From the NCBI GenBank assembly GCA_016840085.1, contig JAEOTA010000078.1:13446-77445 (forward strand): DNA of 64,000 nt. Reading direction: 5' to 3'. Of the stretch, positions 1 through 11,220 are shown in pieces. This DNA comes from Promethearchaeota archaeon (GTDB taxonomy: Archaea > Asgardarchaeota > Lokiarchaeia > Sigyniarchaeales > SOKP01). A program made the position numbers and the translations under genes. Position 1 is the stretch's first letter. Each line of letters begins with the position of its first letter. The notes under the pieces were generated by a model. It saw only the letters and a program-made list of their open reading frames with translations. It was not told the origin of the DNA and ran no database searches.

Positions 1-91
1 CCATTCTTTTTTTATTGCCCAAATTACTGAAAGCTTGTTTTCTAGCGGATGTACCATTAATTTACTGGAGTCTGGATAATTGTCCCGCAGA

Positions 92-1249
92 TCATGATAG
101 ATGAGTCTCTTCATTATAAGTATCTTTTCGTTTGAAATATATAACAGCTATAACTACTCCACAAATAGATAATATACCTATAAGAAAAATAACTAATTCT
201 AAATTCAGGATGTTTATATTCTCATGCCAGGGGTAATTTCCTTTATATGTATTTGCAGTGTTATTCAAGTAATTATTATAGATAAATTGTTCCACAGTTT
301 TACCAGTTATTTCAAGACTGACATTCGAAATATGAGTGAGATTATCTTGGGTAGTATGATGATAAGGCCAATGTGGATTATCCCAAAAATTAATAATCAA
401 ATCTGCTGAAGGAATACCAATGTTTACAAAAGCTTGATGATCGTCCATAATCGACGCTGTTGTCGGATTGGATGGAAATTGCTCAGTATATCCTAACCGC
501 CTTCCAACCGCAAATAATTCATCTAATAGAGAAGAAGTAGAGTATTGCTCCTTGATAAAACGTAAATTTTCACCTCCAACCATATCTAATAAAATCATAC
601 AATCTAAATTTTCAGTCTCAGAATTATAAAAACTATTAATTTCATCCACAAATGCTTTCGATCCTTCACACCACCCCCAATTATCAATCCCGTAAGCATT
701 ATCTCTACCTTGATCCTCTGCGTCAAAAAATAAAAACCATACCTGGCATGACAGATTTATTCTTCTTTGATAAAACACTCTAGCAAGTTCAATCAAGACA
801 GCACATCCACTAGCACCATCGTTGGCACCAGGTACAGGATATGATCTATTTAAAGGGTTAGGATCCTTCGTCGCTTTAGCACGTGAATCATAATGAGCCC
901 CTAAAATTATTATATTGCCATAATTTTGATTTAATTTGAATAAAACGTTTTGACACTCAGTTGAGTGAGTAGTAAAATTATGGAGAATGTAAGTAAAATT
1001 ACTTTCAATTTCTTGAAATTTCGAAATGAAATAGATAGCACAATTTTTTCTCTCTTCTGTTCCTGGGATTCGATAACCGATATCTAATTGATCTCGTATA
1101 TATTCATAAGCATTATCACCATTAACATGTAATTCTACGTCAATATTTTGAATTTCTAGTTTATCTATAGTAAAAAAGGATATGTAAATAGAGAATAATC
1201 CTAACACAATGATGATTACGGGTATTATAACCTTTGTATATTTCTTAAT
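92..1249 (-). CDS. M28 family metallopeptidase (glutaminyl cyclase-like), signal peptide plus C-terminal membrane anchor
   Basis: GAHYDSR, GANDGASG, FDAED, LDMVG, DDH and HHT motifs; C-terminal hydrophobic helix plus KRK. Frame extends upstream of GTG 1207 to ATT 1249 (IKKYTKVIIPVIIIVLG, signal-peptide-like) behind GGTGA; start uncertain. Confidence 0.85.
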   Translation of the reverse strand: MKKYTKVIIPVIIIVLGLFSIYISFFTIDKLEIQNIDVELHVNGDNAYEYIRDQLDIGYRIPGTEERKNCAIYFISKFQEIESNFTYILHNFTTHSTECQNVLFKLNQNYGNIIILGAHYDSRAKATKDPNPLNRSYPVPGANDGASGCAVLIELARVFYQRRINLSCQVWFLFFDAEDQGRDNAYGIDNWGWCEGSKAFVDEINSFYNSETENLDCMILLDMVGGENLRFIKEQYSTSSLLDELFAVGRRLGYTEQFPSNPTTASIMDDHQAFVNIGIPSADLIINFWDNPHWPYHHTTQDNLTHISNVSLEITGKTVEQFIYNNYLNNTANTYKGNYPWHENINILNLELVIFLIGILSICGVVIAVIYFKRKDTYNEETHLS

Positions 1250-1356
1250 GTAAATTCACCATAATTGTAGGAGCTTCTAAATAATCCGTTTTAAATTATT
1301 TACTCTAATATCAAAATTCTTATTATTTTTATAATATTTTATTTATAAAAAAGGGG

Positions 1357-3396
1357 ATGATTATAATGAGTAAAGAAACACGTAAGACCGAATTATCCAA
1401 ATTACCTTTTATGGATAGTTCTCTTGATATAGAGAAACGAATAGAAGACTTACTAAAACGATTAAATTTATATGAAAAGTTTAAATTGTGTGCTGGAAGA
1501 CGAGTGTGGTATGCGCCACCAATAAGAAGATTAGGTATTAAATCTTTTGAAATGCACGATGGTCCTCATGGTGTTCGCGTTGATACGGAAGGTAAAATAC
1601 AGTCAACTTACTTTCCCTCAACAATATGTAGAGCGGCTACGTGGAATCCAGAATTATCTAAAGAATTTGGTTTGGCTATAGCCCAAGAAGTTCGGGATGT
1701 CGGCGCCCATATGTTACTTGCTCCGGGAATAAATATTCAAAGAACACCGATGTGTGGAAGAACATTTGAATATCAAACAGAAGACCCTTATTTGAATAAA
1801 AAATTAGCAGTTGCAGTTGTAGAAGGTGTTCAAAGTCAGAGAATTGCAGCTTGCATAAAACATTTTATTTGTAATAATCAAGAAACAAATCGATTTACCG
1901 TAAGCTCAGAAATTAGTGAAAGAGCTCTACAAGAAATATATTATTCTGCTTTTAAGGCAGCTGTTCAAGATGCAGATGCATGGTCAATAATGAGTAGTTA
2001 TAATAAGATAAATGGAATCTATGCTTCTGAACATAAACATCTCCTAAGAGAAGTATTAATGAATAAATGGGGATTTAGAGGTTTTGTTGTTTCAGATTGG
2101 GGAGCAACGAGAGCTACAACAAGTACAGAAAGTAGCATAAACGCAGGTTTAACCTTAGAAATGCCAACTCCAAATAAATATTCGCTAACTAAAATGAAAC
2201 AAGCTTTTGAAGAAGGAAAATTTACAGAGGAAGTTCTTAACGAAAATGTAAGACGACTTCTAAGAGTAATGTTTCTGGTAGGATTATTTGATGATGAGGA
2301 TTCTTTACCGCAAGGTAGTCGAAATACTTCTGAACACCAACTATTAGCTCGTAAAATCGCTGAAGAAGGTATAGTACTATTAAAAAATGAAAGAAATATT
2401 CTCCCTCTGAATATCGAAAAACTAAAGAAAATCGCGGTAATAGGCCCAAATGCAAACAAAAAGACATTTTTAGGAGCTGGGAGCTCTACGAATTTTCCTC
2501 CATATGAGATTAAACCAATTGATGGAATAAGAGAGAAATGTAAAGGAAGAGTTGAGATAATCGATTCACCTGTAGAAGCGGATGTAACTTTAATTTTTGC
2601 GGGACTAAAACACGAGCGGGGAATGGATGCTGAAGGAGAAGATAAAAAATCATTCAATTTACCATCTAATCAAATTGAACTTATTTCTAAAACCATTAAA
2701 GAAAATCCTAATACGATTGTAATACTTATCAATGGAAGCCCAATCTCTATGAATGAATGGATAAATAAGGTTCCTGCTGTGATAGAAGCATGGTATGGGG
2801 GAATGGAAAGTGGTAATGCAATTACTAATATACTTTTTGGTGAAATAAATCCCTCTGGAAAACTTCCTATAACATTTCCAAAGAAACTTTCAGATTCACC
2901 TGCACATGTTTCTGAACGGACCTATCCAGGTGATGAAAAAGTATTTTATGATGAAGGCATCTTTGTGGGATATCGTCATTTTGATACACGGAATATTGAG
3001 CCACTATTCCCATTTGGTCATGGGTTATCTTATACTAAATTTAGTTATGAAAACTTCAAAGTAAATAAAGAAAAAATTTCTGGAGATGAAACTATTATTG
3101 TGTCAGTCGATGTAATTAACAGTGGCGAATATTCTGGAACTGAAGTTGTCCAATTATATATCCAAGATGTTGAGTGTAGTGTAGAAAGACCGCTCAAAGA
3201 ACTTAAAGGATTTAAAAGGATTAAACTAAAACCTAATGAGAGGAAAACTATTAAATTTGAATTAAAAAAAGAGGATCTCTCCTTCTTTGATGAAAAAAAT
3301 AATTGCTGGAAAGCTGAGAAAGGTTTATTTAATATACTTATTGGTAGCTCATCACGAGACATTAGAATACAAGGGGAGATTGAATACTTAGGGTAA
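1357..3396 (+). CDS. Glycoside hydrolase family 3 beta-glucosidase with C-terminal Fn3-like domain, cytoplasmic
   Basis: DGPHGVR, KHFICN, VVSDWG nucleophile motif, FPFGHGLSYT, EVVQLYI; no signal peptide. Confidence 0.93.
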   Translation: MIIMSKETRKTELSKLPFMDSSLDIEKRIEDLLKRLNLYEKFKLCAGRRVWYAPPIRRLGIKSFEMHDGPHGVRVDTEGKIQSTYFPSTICRAATWNPELSKEFGLAIAQEVRDVGAHMLLAPGINIQRTPMCGRTFEYQTEDPYLNKKLAVAVVEGVQSQRIAACIKHFICNNQETNRFTVSSEISERALQEIYYSAFKAAVQDADAWSIMSSYNKINGIYASEHKHLLREVLMNKWGFRGFVVSDWGATRATTSTESSINAGLTLEMPTPNKYSLTKMKQAFEEGKFTEEVLNENVRRLLRVMFLVGLFDDEDSLPQGSRNTSEHQLLARKIAEEGIVLLKNERNILPLNIEKLKKIAVIGPNANKKTFLGAGSSTNFPPYEIKPIDGIREKCKGRVEIIDSPVEADVTLIFAGLKHERGMDAEGEDKKSFNLPSNQIELISKTIKENPNTIVILINGSPISMNEWINKVPAVIEAWYGGMESGNAITNILFGEINPSGKLPITFPKKLSDSPAHVSERTYPGDEKVFYDEGIFVGYRHFDTRNIEPLFPFGHGLSYTKFSYENFKVNKEKISGDETIIVSVDVINSGEYSGTEVVQLYIQDVECSVERPLKELKGFKRIKLKPNERKTIKFELKKEDLSFFDEKNNCWKAEKGLFNILIGSSSRDIRIQGEIEYLG

Positions 3397-3410
3397 ATGA
3401 TAATTTTAAA

Positions 3411-4696
3411 ATGATTGTAAAAGAAGATTTAGAAGAAGCAAAGGAGAGAATGAAAGCATGGTGGGACCATGAAACTACTGATAGACCTACAATTGCATAT
3501 AATATACCAGAGGGACCGAATTCTGCAAAGGCACTCTTAGCATCAGGTGCGTTAAATTATGATTTAGGTAAAAATTGGGATGGAATTGAGCCGATTCTAG
3601 ACACTCTTGAAAACAATAGTGATGGTTTAGTCTGGGGTGGTGAATGTATTCCCAGATATTTTCCTAATTACGGTCCGGGGGTAATAGCAGCGGTATTAGG
3701 GGTAACTCCTGAATATAAATCAGGTACTATATGGTTTCATAGAAAAACCGATGTAAAGATATTGTTAATCTTCTTGAGAGTGCTAAATTAAACAATGATA
3801 ATGAGTGGTATGTTAGGTTAAAGCGTACCACAGAAATTGCTGCGAAGCGAGGGGCAAAAAATAATTATTGTGTTGCCATGACTGATTTAGGAGGAATACT
3901 TGATATCTTAGTATCATTTCTAGGTCCTCAAGAAATTATCATTCAAATGAGAAGAAATCCAGAACTAATAGATACTTGTAGAGCAATTATTATGGAAAAG
4001 TATCTTAGACTTTACGATGAACTACAAAATATTATTAATAAACATGCGGATGGATGTGATACTTGGTTAAATCTCTGGTGCCCAAAGCGATATTATACCA
4101 TGCAAAGCGATTTTTGTGTTATGCTTAATCAGAAATATTTTGAAAGGTTTGTACTACCAGACTTAAGAGAGCAGGCAGAGCATATGGATTATTCTTTTTA
4201 CCATTTAGATGGTCCTGAACAAATTAGATTTCTTGATGATATTTTAAAACTAGTGGATGGGATTCAGTATGTACCGAGGGCAAAACATGGAATGTCACAA
4301 GATGGGGCTGACGAATGGATGCCGCTTTACAAGAAGATTCAAAAAGCTGGAAAAAATATTCATATGACAATCTTGGATTGCCCTATAGTTCCAAAAGTAT
4401 ATAAACAATTAGATTCTAAAGGATTATTTGTCTATGCTGTGTTTCTTACTAAGAGTCTAGCTGAGTGCTATTTACCGAAGTTTATGGGGGGGAATGGTGG
4501 AGAGCTTATTATTATAATTTCAAGTTGGGCAAAGGAAGTGGATATTGAAAAGATAAATAGAGCAACAGTAAGAGAATATACAACAAGCAATAATATTCAA
4601 ATTAGCAAATCCCTTGAAAGCCAAATAGTTAGAGAATTAAGAAAAGATAGAAGTGTTTTAACCTATATTCCAGACATTGAGAAAAAGCATATGTAA
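3411..4696 (+). pseudogene. Uroporphyrinogen decarboxylase-fold / MtaA-CmuA-like methyltransferase family gene, split by a 1-nt frameshift
   Basis: ORFs 3411-3791 and 3878-4696 join if one A is added at GTAAAGAT (3753-3760), giving RKTDVKDIVNLLESAKLNNDNEWY...AMTDLGG; PNYGPG, TDLGGILD, QSDF and YHLDG motifs. Confidence 0.75.
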
Positions 4697-4864
4697 TAGG
4701 TTTCATATCGAAAATACTAATAAAGGGATTTAATAACATCTAAAATTATAAATTTTTTAAATAAAAAGCTCTTCTTTTATTTCAATATAATTTTAAATGA
4801 TTTTCATAATTAGATATTTTGGGAATTTAGGAATCCTAAAAAAAGCATAAAAAGGTGTAATAGA

Positions 4865-5665
4865 ATAGTAGACCGTTTAAAGGGAAAAATCGCTATAGTA
4901 GTTGGAGCAGGACAACAACCAGGAGATACTATTGGGAATGGAAGAGCAATATCAATATTATTTGCCCGTGAAGGAGCCAAGGTAATGCTTGTTGATAAAA
5001 ATCTTAATGCTGCAAAAAAAACAAAATCCATGATTAATAAAGAAGGTGGAGAATCCTTCGTTTTTAAAGCGGATATTATTAGGGAAGATGATTGTCGTAG
5101 GATAGCCGAAAAATGTGTTGAAGTTTACGGAAGGATTGATATTCTGGTCAATAATGTTGGTATTGGTGAGGGAGATAGGAAGTTGGTCGATTTGAGTGAA
5201 GAGATGTGGGATAAAATTTTCAATATAAACCTTAAAGGAATGTTTTTTACGTGTAAATATATTTTACCAGTGATGGAGAAACAGGAAAGCGGTTCAATAA
5301 TAAATATTTCTTCTGTAGCAGCTGTTTGTGCTGTGAGATATGTAGCTTATAAAATTTCAAAATCAGGAGTTAATTCTTTAACTCATCAGCTTGCTATGAA
5401 GTATGCCAAGAATGGTATCCGTGTTAATGCGATCATGCCAGGATTAATGAACACACCTATAGCTATCGAAGGGATGGCAAGAAGCACAGGGAGAAGTAAA
5501 GAGGATATAATCGAAATGAGGAATAGTATGGTTCCTCTAAAAGGGGGAATGGGGGATGCATGGGATACAGCTTATGCCGCTTTGTTTCTAGCATCAGATG
5601 AAGCAAAGTTTATTACTTCAGTTATGTTTCCTGTAGACGGAGGTCAAAGCTCTAAAATTGGATGA
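4865..5665 (+). CDS. SDR family NAD(P)-dependent oxidoreductase
   Basis: NNVG, YKISK (YxxxK), VDGG. The Rossmann start DRLKGKIAIVVGAG..IGNGRA lies upstream of ATG 4985; inferred ATA start at 4865 behind AGGTG. Confidence 0.9.
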   Translation: MVDRLKGKIAIVVGAGQQPGDTIGNGRAISILFAREGAKVMLVDKNLNAAKKTKSMINKEGGESFVFKADIIREDDCRRIAEKCVEVYGRIDILVNNVGIGEGDRKLVDLSEEMWDKIFNINLKGMFFTCKYILPVMEKQESGSIINISSVAAVCAVRYVAYKISKSGVNSLTHQLAMKYAKNGIRVNAIMPGLMNTPIAIEGMARSTGRSKEDIIEMRNSMVPLKGGMGDAWDTAYAALFLASDEAKFITSVMFPVDGGQSSKIG

Positions 5666-5740
5666 AAATGCCTTTGTTTAATTAATGTTGTTACAAACGA
5701 AAATTTAAAATTTAAAATAAAAAAAAATAAAAATATGAGT

Positions 5741-6163
5741 TTATACAGGCTCGAAGCCCAAATCTACTCTTGTTTCTCCTCTAATTTCGGTTTCAATAAA
5801 TGTTGCTTTAACAGGCATTCCGACATTAATTGTCTCAGGCTTAGTCTCATCTACACCTATTAATTGTCCACTTACCATCGGACCTTCTTCTAACTTTATT
5901 ACTGAAAAACAATAAGGTTTTTTTCTACCATAACCTTTTTCAACAAAGAAAGGTGTTCCTACAGTAATACTTGTAAAAGCAGCAATTTGCCCTTTCCCTG
6001 ACATTTCTACCCATTCCATGTTTGCTTTATTACATTTAATGCATAATTTCCTTACTGGAAGATACATCTCGCCGCAATCTTTGCATTTTGAGCCCATTAA
6101 TTTTTTTTCAGCTAAAAAATCTATATAACTTTTTATAGTAAAATCTCTTTCACTCTCAGACAT
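5741..6163 (-). CDS. DUF35 family Zn-ribbon/OB-fold protein (thiolase partner)
   Basis: CKDCG...PVRKLCIKC zinc ribbon followed by OB fold; directly downstream of thiolase; ATG 6163 behind GAGGTGA. Confidence 0.9.
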   Translation of the reverse strand: MSESERDFTIKSYIDFLAEKKLMGSKCKDCGEMYLPVRKLCIKCNKANMEWVEMSGKGQIAAFTSITVGTPFFVEKGYGRKKPYCFSVIKLEEGPMVSGQLIGVDETKPETINVGMPVKATFIETEIRGETRVDLGFEPV

Positions 6164-6176
6164 ATTTTTCTCACCT

Positions 6177-7436
6177 CTACTTTTCAAAAATTGTGACAAC
6201 GCATGTAGCTCCTGATCCGCCCAAATTATGGACTAACATACGTTCTACATCAAATTTCACTTGCCTATTTCTTTCAGCAATACCTCTCATTTGTTTAAAG
6301 ACTTCTACGCAAAATGCTGCACCAGTAGCCCCTACAGGATGACCCTTGCTTTTCAGTCCCCCACTCGTATTAATTGGCAATGATCCATCTCTCTTTGTTT
6401 CTCCATTCTTAATTGCTTCAACAGCCTTACCCTTTTCATAAAAACCTAAATCTTCTAAAGCGACTATTTCTGCAATAGTGAAACAATCATGGACTTCTGC
6501 TATTTGAATATCTTTGGGTTTAAGTCCCGACATTTCATAAGCTTGTCGTGCTGCTTCTTTTGAAGCAATAAAACTCGTTAAATCTTTTCTATCATGCAAA
6601 GATAATTCTGCACTCCCTTGACCAGTACCAGCAATCCAAATCGGAGCATCAGTAAAGTTTTTAGCTACATCTTCAGCTGCTAAAAATACACAAGCTGCTC
6701 CATCAGTTATCAAACTACAATCAAACAAACGTAGAGGATAAGCAATCATTGGATTTGAGCTGCTTTTAAGGAAATCAAACTCATCCTTCCAATCTGGAAT
6801 ATCTCCTCCGGACTTTTCGATTTTTGCTATTTTGCTTTTCATCATATCGGCAATTGAACTTTGCATATGGGCATATGGATTTTCCTTTCCATTTTCGTGA
6901 TTTTTTATTGCCACTCTCATTAGATCTTCTACTGTTGTTCCATATTTGTGGAAGTGTGCCGATGCAAGAGTACCATACAAACCTGGGAATGTCGCTCCAG
7001 CAGGATATTCGAATAAACTATCGGATGCTGTAGCTAAAACATCGGTGACTCCTGTTGTTGGTAATTCTGTCATACATTCAACACCACTCACAGCAATAAC
7101 ATCATGAACCCCCGATGCAATCGCTAAAATAGCTTGACGAAGAGCAATTCCGCTACTAGCACATGCTCCCTCAAAACGTGATGCTGGTTTTGGAACTAAT
7201 CCTACTAAACCTGCCATCTGTGGTCCTAAATGTCCCTGATGATTAAATAGATCTGAAGAATAATTACCAACATAACAAGCATCAATATCTTTTGGTTCAA
7301 TACCATTATCAACTCTACTTACTGCATCTAACCATGCATCAACCCATAAGTCTGGATTTCTTTTAAGTGGAAAGTGAGCACCAAACGTACTCATTCCCGC
7401 TCCAACCATAGCCACTTTTCTTGCTAATTTTCCCAT
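6177..7436 (-). CDS. Thiolase (archaeal/SCP-x type acetyl-CoA acetyltransferase)
   Basis: EGACASS, DGAA, EVHDCF, SGGLKSKGHPVGATG, HNLGG. Confidence 0.93.
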   Translation of the reverse strand: MGKLARKVAMVGAGMSTFGAHFPLKRNPDLWVDAWLDAVSRVDNGIEPKDIDACYVGNYSSDLFNHQGHLGPQMAGLVGLVPKPASRFEGACASSGIALRQAILAIASGVHDVIAVSGVECMTELPTTGVTDVLATASDSLFEYPAGATFPGLYGTLASAHFHKYGTTVEDLMRVAIKNHENGKENPYAHMQSSIADMMKSKIAKIEKSGGDIPDWKDEFDFLKSSSNPMIAYPLRLFDCSLITDGAACVFLAAEDVAKNFTDAPIWIAGTGQGSAELSLHDRKDLTSFIASKEAARQAYEMSGLKPKDIQIAEVHDCFTIAEIVALEDLGFYEKGKAVEAIKNGETKRDGSLPINTSGGLKSKGHPVGATGAAFCVEVFKQMRGIAERNRQVKFDVERMLVHNLGGSGATCVVTIFEK

Positions 7437-7538
7437 TATTTCACCAATTTTTTTCTTTAAATTATAAATAATTTTGAGATTAAAGAAGTGAATTATTGAA
7501 AAATTAAATTTGTTATTGTTTTATAATTGAGTGTTAAC

Positions 7539-8774
7539 TTAATCATGAAAATATTTGGATAAATACCAAATTTCAAAAAAGATTCCTATAAATGAGATAA
7601 ATAACGGTGCTACATAATGTACATTTTGCATTAGTAATCCACCAATATATCCAGTTGGGATGAAACCTATACCTCTTATCATTCCAACAATTCCATATGA
7701 TTCTGCTTTTTTGGTTTCATCCAAATCGGTTAATGCCATCTGTTCAGAGGGAATAAATGTACACACACTCATGGCAAAGGGAATATGGCTGATAATTAAG
7801 GCTGGCAATAGGAATGCTGTAAATCCACCAGCCCAAATAAAGTAGGCTAGGATATTAATGATAAAAAATGATAGGCCAAAGAATTGACTTAAAATGAGGG
7901 ATTTTTTTTTCCCGATTTTATCTGCCATATGTCCTCCAGGAATTTGAAAGATCATATTAGAAGTGTTAAATACGATTGTTATCAAAGCAAGTTCTTCTCG
8001 TGTAATCTGATAAAAATCTCTTAATCCTCCACTATAAATTGACAGACCAATATTGTAAATAAATAGATCTAAAGTTAAGAATATCAATACTCCTCTACTT
8101 TTGGGATTTTTAATAATCTTTCTCCATAAACTCGGTTCTTCCACTTCAATGGTTGCAACTGAAAGCTGTTTCGGATTATTTACAACTCGAAATTTTTCTG
8201 ATATAAAAACTAAATTAATCAATCCCTCTATTATCAAAATGCCTATAAATACTAAGAAGAAAAACCGAGTATCAAAAGCACTCCCAAACAAAACAAAAGT
8301 CGAACCAAATATCGTTCCTCCAAAAAAGGAAAAAAGTATCAACCCATACATCAATCCTTTTGATTTATTACTATTTTCAGAAATAAATATTAAACTACTG
8401 AGATTATTCATAACCATTCCTAAGAAATAGATAAGAATACCAATTAAAAGAAATATAATTGCGCTTGGATTCGAGGAAATAAGAAAAATTAATCCTAAAA
8501 TATAGAGGGGGATGGCACCTAACATCAGCTTCTTACGTCCAAATTTATCTGACAGTTTTCCTATTAATGGCATTGGTAGAAATTGTATAATAGCACCAAT
8601 AGATACTATAATACCCGTCATAAGGATAGATCCTGTAAGGTCTAAAATAAATGGTTGATATACTACATTAAACATACCAGCACCCATTCCATGAATTAAA
8701 TTGATAAAGAATAATGTCCAAAGATTTTTCCGCTTTACTCTATCAATTCTTTTGGAATTTTCATGTGTACTCAT
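7539..8774 (-). CDS. MFS transporter
   Basis: About 12 TM helices; GKLSDKFGRK and GHMADKIGKK motif A. Confidence 0.9.
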   Translation of the reverse strand: MSTHENSKRIDRVKRKNLWTLFFINLIHGMGAGMFNVVYQPFILDLTGSILMTGIIVSIGAIIQFLPMPLIGKLSDKFGRKKLMLGAIPLYILGLIFLISSNPSAIIFLLIGILIYFLGMVMNNLSSLIFISENSNKSKGLMYGLILFSFFGGTIFGSTFVLFGSAFDTRFFFLVFIGILIIEGLINLVFISEKFRVVNNPKQLSVATIEVEEPSLWRKIIKNPKSRGVLIFLTLDLFIYNIGLSIYSGGLRDFYQITREELALITIVFNTSNMIFQIPGGHMADKIGKKKSLILSQFFGLSFFIINILAYFIWAGGFTAFLLPALIISHIPFAMSVCTFIPSEQMALTDLDETKKAESYGIVGMIRGIGFIPTGYIGGLLMQNVHYVAPLFISFIGIFFEIWYLSKYFHD

Positions 8775-8955
8775 AAATTGAGTTTCTCTTACTAAATTTT
8801 ATTGATTTTACTATATGAAAAAGTTGATTATTAACAGAAAAAGTTACTTCTCATATGAGTTTTTTGATTCCTTTGGTTCTCTCCAACTTTTTTGTCAATC
8901 TAATGATGTTTTATCTTTTTAAATTTCCATAGTATTCCCGTCCCTTTTACAATTG

Positions 8956-10209
8956 CTAAATTTCTCCCTTTTTTTTACTCTCACCCTCAAAATATTTTGA
9001 TAAGAACCATAACAAAAAGATGATCCCCATTATCGTGAAAATAAAAGAGGCGATATAATGCACGCTCGCAATTAAGAATCCTGCAATCACTCCCGTAGGT
9101 ATTACACCAATCCCTCTAATAAGTGCCACAATCCCATAGGATTCTGCTTTCCTGGATTCGTCTAAATTTGTTAAGGTTATACCTTCTGAGGGTATAAACG
9201 TGGTAGCAACCGCAGCATTAATAATTTGTCCTATAATTAATAATAGAAGTAATGAACTTTTAAAACCACTTGACCATAAAAAAAAAGCTATAACAAGTAA
9301 GGAAAAAAATGCTAAACCTAGTGATTCACATAATATCAAGGTTTTTTTTTTTCCGATTTTGTCAGTGAGATGACCTGCGGGAATTTGGAACAACACCAAA
9401 CTAATGTTACTGCAAAGAGATAAGAGTGCTATATCTTGCAGGGTGATTTTGTATTGATCAATCAGACCCGCACTATAAATAGACAAAGAAATACTATAAA
9501 TAAAAGCATCTAAAGTGAAAAAAATTACTACTGCTCTTAGTTTGGGTGTTGTAAGTATTTTCCGCCAAATTCCTTTTTCAGTTTTAGATGGTTTATCTGG
9601 ATTTTTTTGTAAACTAGACTTTCGTGGGATAGGTTCAGATATAAATATTATAAAGATAATATAATTAAATACTATGATTATTATAAAAAGGAAAAAATAA
9701 AATTGAAAATTAAACCTCGAGTCAACCAGAACAAAATAACTGGCTGCAATACTTCCCCCAAATTGGACAAAAGCCATGATTGCAAAATTAAATCCTTTTT
9801 TCGTTTCTGTACTATTTTCTGAAACAAATACTAGGTAAACTGAAAGAGCAATTGCTAAACCAAAGTAGAAACACAAGACCCCAGCTATAAGAATAAATAA
9901 ATTGTTTGCTATAATGAAGAAAAATAATCCAAGAATCATAAAGGGAGTATCAAAATACCACATCAACTTTCTCCCGTACTTATCGGATAATTTTCCTAAA
10001 AATGGCATTGGTAAGAATTGTATTATACTCCCTACTGTAGTAATAACTCCGGTTATAAAAATAGAACCTGTGAAATCATATATGAAAGGGATATAAACGA
10101 TATTGAACAGAGTTTGACCGAATCCATAGAAGAGTAAATTGATTAACATTGCATAGGAATTCCTACGTCGAGTTTTTTCAATGTCTCCTGAATTTCTATG
10201 TGTTTTCAT
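8956..10209 (-). CDS. MFS transporter (tandem paralogue of 7539-8774)
   Basis: GKLSDKYGRK, GHLTDKIGKK; shared LDExxKAESYGIV segment; ATG 10209 preferred over GTG 10230. Confidence 0.9.
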   Translation of the reverse strand: MKTHRNSGDIEKTRRRNSYAMLINLLFYGFGQTLFNIVYIPFIYDFTGSIFITGVITTVGSIIQFLPMPFLGKLSDKYGRKLMWYFDTPFMILGLFFFIIANNLFILIAGVLCFYFGLAIALSVYLVFVSENSTETKKGFNFAIMAFVQFGGSIAASYFVLVDSRFNFQFYFFLFIIIIVFNYIIFIIFISEPIPRKSSLQKNPDKPSKTEKGIWRKILTTPKLRAVVIFFTLDAFIYSISLSIYSAGLIDQYKITLQDIALLSLCSNISLVLFQIPAGHLTDKIGKKKTLILCESLGLAFFSLLVIAFFLWSSGFKSSLLLLLIIGQIINAAVATTFIPSEGITLTNLDESRKAESYGIVALIRGIGVIPTGVIAGFLIASVHYIASFIFTIMGIIFLLWFLSKYFEGESKKKGEI

Positions 10210-10332
10210 GGTTTTCTCAGCTCTCTTCACTCTCTTTATTTTCTATCTATAATCTAACTACTTGTTGTCTTTGTTTGAATGCTTTTAATTCTTCTAAATT
10301 TTTACTAAAAATTAAAATAACATCGTGCTGCT

Positions 10333-10611
10333 TTAACTAATGCGTCCTAGTTTTTTTCGAAGGACACTGTTGATTGTGATATGAATAGCTTCCAAAGTAT
10401 TTGATGATATTTGAATCTGTGAATTAACCTTCAATCCGATGGCTAACTCCCAATCTTCCCAATCTTTAGATTTATTCCCGCCCCAGAATCTAACTATCTT
10501 TGATTCAGGACCACCTCTCGCATATTCTCTTCGATGATTCGAACTTCTTTTATGCTGGTAAGGTAGTCTAGTCCACTTTGAATAACAATGCCAAGGACGT
10601 TTGTATGCCAT
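10333..10611 (-). pseudogene. rpl10e: Ribosomal protein uL16/L10e, C-terminally truncated copy (92 aa)
   Basis: RPWHCY, RREYARGGPESKIVRF and QISSNTLEAIHITIN match the L10e N-half; stops before the conserved RENK region; no continuation in other frames; GAAGGTG SD intact. Confidence 0.8.
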
Positions 10612-11033
10612 TTTATAAACACCTTCGGATATATAATATTATTTTATTTTTAATGAAACTTGATCTTATATTTGACTTAGTCAAAATTGATCTAATAGAG
10701 CCTACCTATTCTGGCTACTTATACTGAATTTCTTACTTCTCTACTTCTCAAAATGAAGCTTATAGCAAATTATCATATCTTTTTGAAGTAAGTCAATGTA
10801 TAAGGTGTAAGGTAAAGTTCATAGCAGTAATCTATAATTATAATAGCTAAAATTAGTACTTAGAAAAAAAGTTTATTTCAAAAATGATAATCGCTATAAA
10901 CTTATTCCATTTTTAATCACTATAATTATTAGCACATCTTAAATATTTAAATATTTGGGTTTGATGTGGATTGATTAATGAAGATTAGAACAAAATTAGT
11001 GGGAAATTGTTCCCAATTCTTAAAAATACTTAA

Positions 11034-11220
11034 GTTTTCTAAGAGCTCTATACAATTTAAATCTTCTATAGTGAGGAGGGATCTTTCTAAACCACGACAC
11101 CATATGGAAGTTTTTAAATTCGCAGTGCACCACCAGACAATTCTGTAAAGGTTTAATAAAGCAAATAATTTGTAACCATACCAACAATCATCCCAGTTAT
11201 AGTTTTTTATGCCGAACTTT
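11034..11220 (-). pseudogene. Remnant 3' end of an APH/ecdysteroid-kinase-like phosphotransferase gene
   Basis: Start-less minus frame reads KFGIKNYNWDDCWYGYKLFALLNLYRIVWW...GLERSLLTIEDLNCIELLE, resembling the C-terminus of that family. Confidence 0.45.

Noticed and set aside
2019-2657. Antisense/shadow ORFs (e.g. 2019-2657, 4810-5031, 8101-8430, 20133-20447, 46384-46683, 57073-57414, 61911-62162)
   Set aside because: They overlap well-supported genes on the other strand or frame and carry no recognisable motifs
10690-10850. Possible ncRNA or small ORF in the long intergenic region upstream of rpl10e
   Set aside because: Only a weak 4-bp stem and a stop-interrupted frame; no recognisable family
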